From: Chiloscyllium plagiosum
Lineage: Eukaryota
Direction: 5' to 3'
Assembly (NCBI RefSeq): GCF_004010195.1
Contig: NC_057718.1
Coordinates: forward strand, 58,711,325 to 58,775,324
DNA length: 64,000 nt
The notes beneath the pieces were generated by a model that saw only the letters and a list, made by a program, of their open reading frames with translations, was not told the DNA's origin and made no database searches. This document shows, piece by piece, positions 12,619 to 25,310 of this stretch. A program made the position numbers and the translations under genes. Each line of letters starts with the position of its first letter. Position 1 is the stretch's first letter.

Positions 12619-13243
12619 TAGATAAAAGTATAATACTCCTGTTACCTTGTAGTTCGAATACAATATATGTGCCTTACACACATGTGCTGCTTTCATATCT
12701 CAGAAGGTTGGCCAAGAAAATACTTGGTAAGATAAGTAAAACAAAATAAAATGGTTGTATGTCAATTATAATTAGAATCACTTATTTCAGTTTGAATGAT
12801 TTATCTTCAGGTAGCTATACTTGACAAATGACATGTTTGCTTCTTCACATCAATACGTTATCTGACTTTATTTAAAAAAGATAACCTTTAACAACACACC
12901 AGTATTTCTCCTCTCTGATGCAACCAAAGCCCTCTTCGCCTCTTCTTTTAACACTTTGCAAGTTTCCCTTTGGATATCTCTGTATTTTATCATTCTTTTT
13001 TCACAACCATAAGAGAATCAAAGACTTGCCAATACAATAAGTGTGAAATGTTTATTGATTTCCAGAACAAGCTAATGAATTGCTTATTGTTTGCTGTCTT
13101 TGGGGCAAATGAGTTTACTAACATATCAAAACATCTTTAAGGTATATATTTATAACCTCATATGAATACATTATGCTTTAGAATACATTTTTAAAAACTT
13201 CTTTGAATTTTATTTGTTGAAATGTTCTTGAAATATAATATTA

Positions 13244-13471
13244 CAAGTATCCCCCATTTTTCAAAAGTTTGCTTTACACCACTTCACTTTTACAAAAGAT
13301 CTACATTCGTAACTGTTTGCGCGAACTGAAAGAAATCCTAAAAGGATTTTTGCTTTTACAAAAAAAAGCAAAATTTTTCCAAGATAAATTAATGCTTCTT
13401 TGCTTAATGCCATTTCGGCTTAGGAAAGGTTTAATAGGAACGCTGTACTTTTGGATAGCAGGGGATACCTG
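13244..13471. mobile_element. Tigger/pogo-type (Tc1-mariner) MITE
   Basis: Terminal inverted repeats (TIRs) CAAGTATCCCCCATTTTTCAAAAGT and ACTTTTGGATAGCAGGGGATACCTG, with TA on both sides. Confidence 0.8.
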
Positions 13472-13787
13472 TAATTGTAAAAAAAACGTGAAAAGCCGAT
13501 GAAGTGGGCAAAATGTTTTTTGAGTTTTTTTTTTCAAATTCTTGCAAATATTTCAGGATAATGGATATTTGCATCAATCTTAGAACAAGCAAAGCATATA
13601 TGGAACTTGTGATGGACCTGGTTTTGATTATTTAGCTAAAGTTGATATTAGAATGAAGAAAATGATTTAAATTGTTTTCAAATCAATTCTGGTTTGAACA
13701 AAGCTGTCTGATTGACAGTCTGTTCGTGTTCTGGATCAGTGGTGCTGGAAGAGCACAGCAGTTCAGGCAGCATCCAAAGAGCAGTGA

Positions 13788-13823
13788 AATCGACGTTTCG
13801 GTCAAAAGCCCTTCATCAGGAAT
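13788..13823 (-). ncRNA. Minimal hammerhead ribozyme motif with one stem II mismatch
   Basis: AUUC-CUGAUGA-A-GGGC-UUUU-GACC-GAAAC-GUC-GAUU. Confidence 0.7.
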
Positions 13824-14014
13824 AAAGGCAGTGAGCCTGAAGCGTGGAGAGATAAGCTAGAGGAGAGTGGGGGTGGGGAGAAAGTAGCATAGAGTACAAT
13901 GGGTGAGTGGGAGAGGGGATGAAGGTGATCGGTCAGGGAGGAGAGGGTGGAGTGGATAGGTGGAAAAGGAGATAGGCAGGTAGGACAAGTCCGGACAAGT
14001 CATGGGGACAGTGC

Positions 14015-14116
14015 NNNNNNNNNNNNNNNNNNNNNNNNNNNNNNNNNNNNNNNNNNNNNNNNNNNNNNNNNNNNNNNNNNNNNNNNNNNNNNNNNNNNNN
14101 NNNNNNNNNNNNNNNN
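14015..14116. other. Assembly gap (102 N)
   Basis: Run of N. Confidence 1.
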
Positions 14117-15228
14117 GCGCTCTGCTAGGAGGCGCCCAGTCTCCCCAATGTAGAGGAGACCGTATCGGGAGCAACGGATACAATAAATGATATTAGTGGA
14201 TATGCAAGTAAAACTTTGATGGATGTGGAAGGCTCCTTTAGGGCCTTGGATAGAGGTGAGGGAGGAGGTATGGGCGCAGGTTTTACAGTTCCTGCGGTGG
14301 CAGGGGAAAGTGCCAGGATGGGAGGGTGGGTGGACTTGACCAGGTAGTCACGGAGGGAACGGTCTTTGCAGAAGGCGGAAAGGGGTGGGGAGGGAAATAT
14401 ATCCCTGGTGGTGAGGTCTATTGGAGGTGGCGGAAATGTCGGTGGATGATTTGATTTATGCAAAGGTTGGTAGGGTGGAAGGTGAGCACCAGGGGCGTTC
14501 TGTCCTTGTTACGGTTGGAGGGGTGGGCTCTGACGGCGGAGGTGTGGGATGTGGACGAGATGCGTTTGAGAGCATCTTTAACCACGTGGGAAGGGAAATT
14601 GCGGTCTCGAAAGAAGGAGGCCATCTGGTGTGTTCTGTGGTGGAACTGGTCCTCCTGGGAGCAGATACGGTGGAGGCGGAGGAATTGAGAATATGGGATG
14701 GCATTTTTGCAAGAGGTAGGGTGGGAAGAGGTGTAATCCAGGTAGCTGTGGGAGTCGGTGGGTTTGTAAAAAATGTCAGTGTCAAGTCGGTCGTCATTAA
14801 TGGAGATGGAGAGGTCCAGGAAGTGTGTTCGTGTGTTGAGTCTAAAGTTCCATTATTGACATTGATTACTGTTCTTATGACAGGGATGTATGAACAGGCC
14901 AGTTAACCTCTTCATTCTGGTCCATGATTCTATTAGGTCATTGCAGGTCTGTATAAAGTCTATTTATTCTTTTCCTTTCTTATTCTTACCTATAAATCTC
15001 AACATTGAAATTTTAATTAATTGATTAGTCACAGTCTCCTTCATCCATCAGCACTCTCATGTTTCTCAGATATTCCATCAGTCTGTCTTGGTGATTGACC
15101 TGGGAGGAAACAGATATGCAGTCAGGGCCTGGCTGTTGATCACAGTGTGGAAACATATCACAGGCATGGGAGAGATACTGCAGCAGCCATGCCAGCATTA
15201 GTTGTGGTGGCATGGTTGGGGCAATGAT

Positions 15229-15458
15229 GCCCTTCAATGTTCCTCAGCACAGGTCTCCAGGACAGCTGTCTGCGGGGACCTTCACAACATGGTGAAGAGA
15301 GGACTGGAGCTGATGCAGGAGAAAGTTGAAGAGCTGCTGGTATCCTCAGAGGAGAGGTAGGTGAGTGGGAGGAGATTGATATACTGTTGGTGCTTGCAGT
15401 CACACACCTAGCTACCATAGAAGCCTGTGACAGTCTTATCCAGGCAAACCTCATCTGA
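15229..15458 (+). pseudogene. Harbinger (HARBI1-like) transposase C-terminal relic
   Basis: ALQCSSAQVSRTAVCGDLHNMVKRG, acidic tail, EACDSLIQ; resembles the LQYSPxRVSRIxxxCCxLHN motif. Confidence 0.6.
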
Positions 15459-15975
15459 AAAGTGCTTTAGCAGTAGTTAACACTTTTTATCTTGATCCCT
15501 GTGTTACCCAACCTGAATTGGGACCAGGCAGTGGTTTGGAGGATGATGTTGATGGTTGATAAGCTCCTAATGAGTGAAGGGGGTGATCTGGGCCCAGACC
15601 TTGCAAAGAGATGTCAGATCCCAGAGGTGGCAGTTCAGAATCTGGTTATTAGCCTGCAAAGCAGGTTATGTGTGAAGTAAGTATGGGGTCAGTTTTAATC
15701 ACTACTTAAGCATTAGACTATGCATTTAATAGTCTAACTTTTTAAAATAACTATTTACTTAACTTCATTGAAATCTTCTGAATTCTGTGACTTAAATGGA
15801 GAATTTTGGAAGGATCATAGCATAGGGGAACTTCTCAGCAGAATATTCATTTTATCGGGCAATTCCTTCAGAGTGTGCTAGAACGGGACTCTACAGGATT
15901 CCCATGTCCAATTTCAGTCTACCCTGGAATAACAACTGTCTGCCTGTCGGAAAATACAGGCCAGTATCACCAGTG

Positions 15976-16343
15976 TGGAGAAAGTGAGGACTGCAGATGC
16001 TGGAGATCAGAGTCAAGAGTATGGTGCTGGAAAAGCACAGCAGATCAGGCAGCATCTGAGGAGCAGGAAAATCAACATTTCAGCAGAAGCCCTTCTTCAG
16101 GAATGAAGCTTGTGAGCCAAGTGTGGGGGAGATATAAATGGGAAGGTGGGGTGGGGCAGGGGGGAAGGTAGCTGCGATTGCAATAGGTAGATGGAGGTGG
16201 GGTAATGGTGATAGGTCAGAGAGGAGAGTGGAGCGGATAGGTGGGAGGGAAGATGGACAGGTGGGACAGGTCATGAGGGCAGTGCTGAGTTGGAGGGTTG
16301 GTTCTGGGATAAGGTGGGAGGAGGGGAAATGAGGAAACTGGTG
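15976..16343 (-). mobile_element. Penelope-like 3' terminal region with decayed hammerhead
   Basis: Same terminus (GGAGAAAGTGAGGACTGCAGATGCTGGAGATC) as 57112; G-rich part homologous to 13860-14010. Confidence 0.85.
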
Positions 16344-17789
16344 GCATCCTTTATGTTTCCTTTATTCTTATGTTATGTCTCCTGCCTCTCATTCAGGGAC
16401 TAACCTATACCTCAAGAAAAATTAGACTTGCATCTGATCAATATTGATGATGAGTTCCTTTGTGATTTAAAAAAAAATCAATTTAATGTAACTCGCTCAT
16501 CTTTTTCAGAATGCTAACTAGATTGATTGGAATTTAATTGTGGTATATCTGCACCTAACTAGTGTGATGAAGTACTTGGATGCACAAAAATTTGTTTCAA
16601 AAAGTGATGGACAGAAATTGAGTTGTCACTTTATCGCCATGTAACAGATTTAAAAAGCAGAGATGTAAATAAAACTGAATTATGTAAGTTTGGAATCTGC
16701 TCCTGAAATAGTTAAGAGTTTGTTACTGAATTTTAATGGTCTTTGCATATTTGATTTGAATTAACTGGCTCTGTTGACTATAGTGAATGTTAGTAGGAGG
16801 AATATGCATCCATCCAATATATCTGTTCATTCAAGGGTTGGAAAATCTTGTGGGTTCCCTGAAAGAAAAATAAATTCCGCTCCCAGGTCTCAGTTATCTT
16901 TTCTGCACTCAGGCAATCCAATTGCACAGGTGTTGGATCGAGAAAAGTTACATCTTATATTTTAACTTTTTGATGAAATCATTTCCTGTATTATCCGATT
17001 TTACTGGATAAGCCAGATACCTGTGATTTATAACATTCAGAGCACACTCAGTCACAGTGTTACTATGTAGGTGCATTCCATTCTACTCAGTAATAGGGGA
17101 GTAGCTTATTGCAAAGTTTTCAGTAGATCATTCAGGACAGTTTGGATGTCATTAAGGAGGTGTTTAAAGAATATGAGTAATTCCAAAAGGAGACAGTAAC
17201 TCTATGTTCGACTAGACTCCTGTTAACTGTGCTGATGAAAACAGCTGAACTATGTGGTTTGTGTAGTGAGTGTCCAGGAAAGTCCTCAGAGCCATCAGGC
17301 ATGGGGCTCAGAAGAAGCCATGTGGCATTAACAGTTCAGTGTATCTGTGAGTGAGTGTTGAAAAACCAAAAGCTGTATTTGCTGGATGCAACTGAGCAAG
17401 ATTAGAGCTCAAGGAAAAATGAATCATGGGTGATTTTAGCTTGGTTAAGTTGTCTGTCAATAAAGAATTGGACATATGCTTGTAACTGTGTCCGAGAATG
17501 CATTTACAGAGTCCAAGGGAGCCTAGACATAGGAAAGGTCAGTGATTGACCAGAACAGGAGCAGTCATTCAGGTAGTCCACGATGAAGCAATTCCTGAGA
17601 AGGTGTTTCAGGGCCATATTGGCAAAAGATCAGAATTATGACCTTTTGGAAAGCTTAATACGATATGATATCCCACAAATGGGTGTCAACACAGTCACAA
17701 TAGTGCATGTGAAAAGGGTTTCCTCAGATTGCAAAATGTGACTTAGGATATTCAAGGGAATGACTGTAACGACTGTAACGACTTAAGTT

Positions 17790-18250
17790 ACTGGAGATTT
17801 ACAGGTTCTAAAGGAAAAGTGTTCTCTTATCCCTCTAACAATGCAAGTAAACAGATAAATATTTTGAGAGTTAATGGTGCAGATCAGTCATTGATGCTAG
17901 CTGATGAAACAATCTGTGCTCTGAATGGTTTGGTGAAAGAGGAAGTATTATTAGGAGGTCCCTATTGGATTTAGAAACCTGTTCTTTTGTACAAAGTTAA
18001 GTCACAAGATAACTCAGTCAATTGAATTGCTACTGTGGGAATTGTTCTTAATGTACTTTTTGAAGGGGTGCATTTTATATTGGGTAGTGATTTGGCAGGT
18101 GTGAGACTTTTGGCATTTCTGAGAATTTCAAGAGAGCCAGTTGAGTTGAGAGCAATGAAAATTTTGCAGGAGGAATATTCTGGATTATTCCCTGCTTGTG
18201 CAGTAGCTATAACCCAAGATCAAAGTGGAAAAAAGGCTCAACCGAGATAA
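17790..18250 (+). mobile_element. Gmr1-like Gypsy protease-region relic
   Basis: INILRVNGADQSLML (cf. ILRDTGASQSL) and GVHFILGSDLAG..LQEEYSGLFPACAV. Confidence 0.65.
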
Positions 18251-18704
18251 AGAAAAGGTATTATCAGAAATGTAAGAATTTCAAAGGCAGCATTAGAAAC
18301 TAAGCTGGACTAAAATGAAATGTACTGGTGCAAAGAATGAAATTACATGCACAAAATATGATAACATGAAGTAAAACACATGAAAGAGGGGATGAATATC
18401 TAAATGATAATGTGGTGTGGTCATACCAAGTCCCTTTACAGTTGCAGCAATGAAAATCCATGCATGGAAATGTCAGTCTTCAGTTTATGACTTTCATCTG
18501 TATATGCCTTTATATCAGTGCCCTTGTAACTGGTACGTTGAGGCTGTACTCTCACACGATCCTTCTGTAGACTTGGGATTGGTCCAAGATCTGGTCATGA
18601 CTGGATCCTTGTCAAAACTCCAGCTGTTCTTCCCCTCTTCTCTTGAGGGAGTCTTAGTCCTATAGGTGAGATAGGATTCAAATTGATGAGATTAGATTGT
18701 GAAC

Positions 18705-19175
18705 ATTTCTGTCAGAAAAGATTTACAATAATGTTGGAGAGTTTGAGTTAGAGAAAGAGATTGAGTGGTCTGGAGTTCTTTTCCCCTGGACTATTGGAGG
18801 CTGAGGGGTGACCTTATACAGGTTTGTAAAATCATGAAGGGCATGGATTGGGTGAATAGCCAAGGTCTTTTTCCCAGTGTAGGGGAGTCCAAACTAGAGG
18901 GCATAGGTAGGGAAAGATTTAAAAGCGACCTAAGGGGCAACTTTTTCATGCAAAGGATGGTGCATGTATGGAATGAGCTGCCAGAGAAAGTGGTGCAGAC
19001 TGGTATAAATACAACATTTAAAAGGCATCTGGATGTGCACATAAATAGGAAGGGTTTAGAGGGATATGGTCCAAATGCTGACAAATGGGACTAGATTAGT
19101 TTTAAGATATCTGTTCGGTGAGAATGAGTTGGATTGAAAGGTCTCTGTCCTTCTTTGTAATTCTATGACTCCATA
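18705..19175 (+). mobile_element. CR1 LINE 3' fragment
   Basis: RLRGDLIQVCKIMKG..FFMQRMVHVWNELP; CTATGACT tail. Confidence 0.9.
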
Positions 19176-22100
19176 AGTGAGCCATCTGTAATTATAAATG
19201 TCATTTGCAGTTCCACTTTAATTTTGATGTAGCATTTTACTGAGTGGATCATCTCATTCTCTTTTACTCTCAGGTTCATTTCCTTGGCTCTGTCCTCTTC
19301 TCATTCCAATCTTACCTAACCTTATGCAATTAATTTATTTGATACAATGGCTCTTTCTGTCATGTTTGAATAGACTTTATCATATTCAACAGACAGAAGC
19401 TGATACCTCTGACCTCTCACTTGCAGATATGGAGGATTTAAGTACAAAATAAAAATATAAAGGACATTCCAACAAGCCCCAGGTTTTCTGGCATACCTCT
19501 GTTCAAACATCAGTGGGAGTAGGCAGAACTACTGGAAATTTGACAAGGTAATGCTAAGTCTTGACCCAATGTCAAATCTTAATGAGAAGCTTGTATTTAC
19601 ATAGCCCGCTGTTGACATTTAGATTTGCATTGCTATAAGGCCACGTGAGAATGATCAGCATGAACTCTGAATATTGAAGTTCCTATCCCATGGTTCTTCA
19701 TTCAGAAGTGAATACAGTTGACATAGAATGTGACATTTTGGGTGTCCGTGATGAGTAATGGACCATAGAGTTACTGGGGACAAGGGAAGAGAGCTGGGGC
19801 AACAGAGCAGATTTTGGATATACAGAAGTCCAAAAGCATGCATCCATTCTAAATATCACTCAATAAAAATTGGGATGTACTTTTGGAAAATATTCCATTG
19901 TAATGATCTTTGAAATATTGTCTATTTTAATGGTTTGAGTACATTGGATTTACTTAATGACTCATCAGTTGAATCTCTGCCTTTAGTGTTATGGAAAACT
20001 GGTTCTGTAAATAAAAGCTTAATAAAAGGTTATTGAGCTGAAACATGAACTTTGTTTCTCTCTCTCTACAGATGCTGCTTGACCTGCTCTGCATTTTCAG
20101 TCTTTATTTTGTCCTATATATTGTATTAACTATTTGAATTGATGCTGAACCTGCTGGTTAGTTGATCCCAGCCAAAGCAAAGTGAAGGATAGTTTTCAAC
20201 CACTAATGACGAGCAATGATTCACCTTCTCAATATATCTTTATTATGTTTACATGTAAGGTGATGATAGAATGAAGCTTAAATATATCTCAAATAGCAAC
20301 TTGCGTAAACTAATAGAGTTACCACTGATCACTGACCTGAAAAGCATTAGGCACCCCCTACAGGAGAGGAGGGCAGACAATCATTCCAAAGAAGTACCTT
20401 GTCAAAGGGTGAAAGACTGGGAAGCATTTGAAGGATCTGCCTTGTAAAATTATATACCCAGTTTTATATAAAGATATTTGCTCCGTGTAGGGAAATTTCT
20501 TTTATGTTCTGTGAATTAATTGCTAAAATTCTGTGTGCTCTCCTTATGATGTCACAATAGTATTTCCAGGAGCTGTTGGTGAACAGCCCTCATTCTCCCC
20601 ATCTGGAAGTGAGAATAACTGTCCTCCCACAGTTTTAATGAATTTTCCCCTGAGAACGAATTAGCTGCAAGATAGTCTCTGCCCCCTCTGCTCATCTGTC
20701 TTATTCACTGACACAAATACCTCCTCTCACATTGCTAGTTGTTAAATGAATGTAGACTTCAGGCTGTATGCTTTGGTTGGAGGATTTTCATTGATTAACG
20801 TATTCAAGAAATACATAATTTCTGGAAGTTGGGTTATATAGTAAGGTAAAGATAGACATTAATAATTCACTGTGTACTTGACCTTAATGAATTGTCATTA
20901 GTCTCTTTATCTGAATTTCCTACAGAAGTAAAAGTTTATAAAAAGCACCAGAGTAAAGCTGAAGCATGTGGTCAATTTTCTCTGGTCAGGGATATGTAAC
21001 AATAATCCAAACCACAGGAAGAAGGAACAAATTCAAGGCTGTCACAGTGGGTTGGCAGTGCTTATATTGAATTGCTCTGATTAGATATTTAATTAATCAT
21101 TAAGATGTACCTGAAGAATAGTTGTGATAATTTAGCTTTGATAGAGACTAAAATTTATATTGGCAAACTGAAATTTATTTTTCAGGAAATCAATAGCTAG
21201 CAGTCAGCAAGCTTGAAACTCTGACAGGCTGTCATTGGCAGGTTATTATCAAGTCCCAAGTTTTCAATTTTTGAAACTGCAGATTCTAAATAAAAGCCAA
21301 AGCAAAGCAAAATTGCTTGTTTAGACACTTGTAACAAACCATCTAAAAATAGGAGCGCTACTGGATTTTGAAAAGCAATTAATTTACTTCTGCCCTTGGA
21401 GAACTGAGATTTAATTGTCTAATGAGCTATAGTTGTCTCGCCAATAAAAAAATTAGCTTGTACCCCATTCATACACCCATGAACTACTTATTCATTGTTA
21501 ATATTTCCCTTGAAATGAAGTGTTTCCCAGCAACCAGTCAATTGTAATTATAAAAGGCAGAATTACTTTTTGGAGCAGGATACATAATTCATTTTTAAAA
21601 ATCTGATGTAAAACATGATGTGTACAATGTATTGTTGGGTTCACTAGATGTTCTTCAAATCATATCTCTCCTTCCACTTCCTCATAGCAGCCAACATCCT
21701 CTCTTTCTCCCCTTGCCCCAACAACCTGGATTAGTTTGTCTTTATTATTGCTTATTTAGCAAGCCCTCGTTAAGCTCCAACTAAACCTGGAAAGTTTCAG
21801 AGAAAGAATAGAGAAGAGCTGCAAAGCCCATCCCTGGCAGCAAATAATTGAGTTATTAGGAACATTGCGCTTTTCATCCTTGGAATTGGATGATTAAAAA
21901 ACGGCAACATAAAGTAGTTGGAATCAATCTTTCAAAACCTAAAGAGACAGACAAAGAAATACATCTGGAAAAGAACTGCTGGCATCAACCTCACAGCTTT
22001 TGTGTCTTAGTGTTCAGAAGTGCCACATAAATGTTACAAGTAGAGCACATCAGCAATAGATCACCTTCTAGCAAGATAGCCAAGCTTTATAGGTCTTACT

Positions 22101-22876
22101 TTGTAATACAATTTCCTTGGGATTGCTGGGCCTAAGACTTATTTAATGCCTTGCTCCATCTTGTTTACAACAGTAATTTCCTGGATGTTCTCCATAAGTC
22201 ATGTCACCAATTCCCAGCATGCAGGAAGGTTTTGCACGCTGTTCTTCAGTCCAGCAGGAGAATTGATGTGTTCAAAAATAGAAGTGTGTATTTTTGTTTA
22301 AACACTTGCATAGCAGAGACCAGGATTATGCTTATGAGTCATGCAGCAAAGAGTGTTCTCTTGTTATCAGTCTTCCATTTTTCCACCCCCCTGTTAAGCT
22401 CAGTTCTTCAGTTTAATTAGTATTCAAATTACTGTCAAAAAATATTCCTTTACCCGCATTTTTTTTATTGTTTATACCTGATTCATTGGTTTCCTGCTGT
22501 TAAACTAGAGCTCTCTGTCATCAACTCCCCAATCCACACTGCTCCATCCATACTGCTTCTATGTCCTGCTATCACTCCTTAATATTGCACACACAGCAGT
22601 GCGGCTGTCAAATTAAAACAGCAAGCAGCAAGTCATGTTCAGGCTGATTTAATAATACAGAAACAGGGATCTGTACTATTGCCAATTTGAATGTTCTATA
22701 AAAATACCGTATTGTATCAGTATAAAAGCTTTAAGTGTCTCAAAGTCAAATGTTGCTATTTCGTTTTACACTGAGATAACAATCAATGTCTTTGTCAGTT
22801 CTCTACCCAAAGGCAGACCCATCCCAAAGTGCCAAGACCCTCACCATGGTTAAGAATGGAAGCTAGTCTTAGACTG

Positions 22877-25310
22877 TAAGACATAAGACATAGGAGCAGA
22901 AATTAGGCCATTCAGCCCATTGAATCTACTCCACCGTTCAATCATGGCTGATAAGTTTCTCAACCCCATTGTCCCACTTTCTCCCCATAACCCTTGATCC
23001 CCTTGACAGTCAAGAATGTATGTACTTAAGTCTTAACTATACTCAATGACCTGGCCTCCACAGCCTTTTGTGGCAATGAAATCCGTAGATTCACTACTCT
23101 CTGGCTAAAGAAGTTTCTCCTTATCTCAACTCAAAAGAGTTTTCCTCTAAGGGCATGCCCTCGGATCCTACTCTCTCCTACCAATGGTAACACCTTCTCA
23201 ACACCTACTCTGTCCAGGCCATTCACTATTCTATATGTTTCAATTAGATCCTTCCTCATCCTTCTAAACTCCATCGCTTACAGACACAAAGTCCTTAATC
23301 ATTCCGATGTTAAGCTTTTCATTCCTGGGACCATTCTTGTGAACCTCTTCTGAGCACGTTCCTGGGCCAATACATCCTTCCTGTGAAATGGGGCCCAAAA
23401 CTGCGCACAATACTCCAAATGTGGTCTGACCTGAGCCTTATAGAGATGCAGAAACATATCCCTGCTTTTATATTCAAGTCCTGTCAAAATAAATGCTATC
23501 ATTGCATTTGCCTTCCTAACTCAACCTGCAAGTTTACCTTGAAAGAATCCTGGACTAGAACTCCCAAGTCTCTGTACTTCAGACTTCTGAATTTTGTCCC
23601 ATTTAAAAAGTAGTCATTCGCTCTATTCTTCCTACCAAAGTGCATGACCTCACATTTCTCACATTGTACTCTTCTTTGCCCACTCTCCTAACTTGTCCTC
23701 CCCATCTCCCCAATACTACCTGTTCCTCTACCTATCTTTGTATCTTCTGCAAACATAGCCAGAATACCCTCAGTTCCTTCATCTAGATGATTAATGTATA
23801 AAGTAAAAAGTTGTGGTCCCAACACTGAGCCTTGCAGAATGCCACTTGACACCAACTGCCATCCTGAGAAGGACCCTTTTACCCTCACTCTCTGCTTTCT
23901 GCCAGACAGTCAAGCTTCTATCTATGCTAGCACCTTGCCTCAAACACCATGGCACTTATCTTACTCAGTAGCCTCCTGTGCAGCACCTTGTCGAAGGCCT
24001 TCTTGAAGTCCAGGTGGATAACACCTCCCTTGATGAAACCATGCTGACTCTGCCCTATTTTACGATACACTTCCAAGTATTCAGAAATCTCATCTTTCAC
24101 AATGGATTCCAGGATCTTACCCACGACTGATGTTAGGCTAACCAGTCTGTAATTTTCCATCTTTTGCCTTACTCCCTTTTTAAGCAGAGCTGTCATGTTA
24201 GTGACTTTCCAGTCCTATGGGACCCTCCCTGATTCTGGTGATTCCAGCAAGATCACCCGTATCGCCTTTGCCAGCTATCTCTCTTAAAACTCTATGGTGT
24301 AGTCCATTTGGTCCAGGTGATTTATCACCTTCAGGCCATTCAGTTTTTCTAGCACATTCTCCTTGGTGATGACCACTATACTCAGCTCTGCCACCTCACT
24401 CTCTTGAATCTTTGGGACATTCCTCATGTCTTCCACTGACAAGACTTACGTGAAGTAATTATTTAGTTACTCAACCATTTCCTTCTTCCCTGCTATTATC
24501 TCTCCATCATTCCAAAATCCACATTTGCCTCTCTTTTGCCCTTTATATATCTAAATAAACTCTTAAAATCTTCCTTTATATTACTGGCTAACTTACCCAC
24601 ATAGTTAATCTTCTCCCTCTGTATTTCTTGTTTTGTTGTCCTCTGTAGTCTTTGTAAGCTTCCCAACCCTCTAGTTTCCCATGGCCCTTCCCCAAATTAT
24701 TTACTTTCCCTTTTACTTTAATCCATCCCTGACTTCCCTACTCAGCCATGGTTGCCTCATCCTCCCTGTACCATGCTCTTTTTCGTCAGGATGAATCTCT
24801 GCTGTGTCTCCTGAATTACTCTCAGAAACTCCTGCCATTGCTGTTCCACTGTCTTACCTGCTAGGCTCCTCTCCCAGTCAATTCTGCTAAGTTCTTCCCT
24901 CATGTCTCTGTACTTGCCTTTATTCAACAGTAATACCATTATCTTTGATTCTATCTTCTCCCTCTCAAAAAGCTCCCTGATCAAGTCTGTCTCATTGCAC
25001 AACTCTAAGTCCAGCATTGCCTGTTCCTAGTGGGCTCCACTACAAGCTACTTCAAAAACTCCATCTCGTAGATCTTCCACAAATTCCTTTTCTTGCAATC
25101 CGTAATCAACCTGATTTTCCTAGACTACCTGCATATTGAAATCCCACATAATCACTATAAGTTTGCCTTTCCTATACATCTTTTCTATACATCTAGTGCC
25201 CCAGCTCCTGACCACTATTTGGAGACCTGTACATAACTCCAACTAAGGTCTTTTTTAACCTTTGCAGTTCTTCAATTCTACCCACATAGATTCTACACTG
25301 TCTGACCCTA
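22877..25310 (-). mobile_element. CR1 LINE, about 2.4 kb with internal deletions (endonuclease end, RT, 3'UTR)
   Basis: ENYRLVSLTSVVGKILE, LDFKKAFDKV, QGSVLGPQLF, HLEYCAQFWAP; TAAGACA tail at 22877. Confidence 0.93.

Larger units (their letters stand above)
13730..14821 (-). mobile_element. Young 5'-truncated Penelope-like element (end of RT, GIY-YIG endonuclease, terminal repeat) spanning an assembly gap
   Basis: Minus translation FLDLSISI..FYKPTDSHSYLDYTSSHP..IPYSQFLRL..NIIYCIRCSRYGLLYIGETGR; TSD AGT(C/G)TGTTCGTGT at 13717-13729 and 14822-14834. Confidence 0.92.

Noticed and set aside
14421..14906. 161-aa plus-strand ORF and other short ORFs overlapping repeats
   Set aside because: Antisense or off-frame shadows of Penelope, CR1 or SINE sequence
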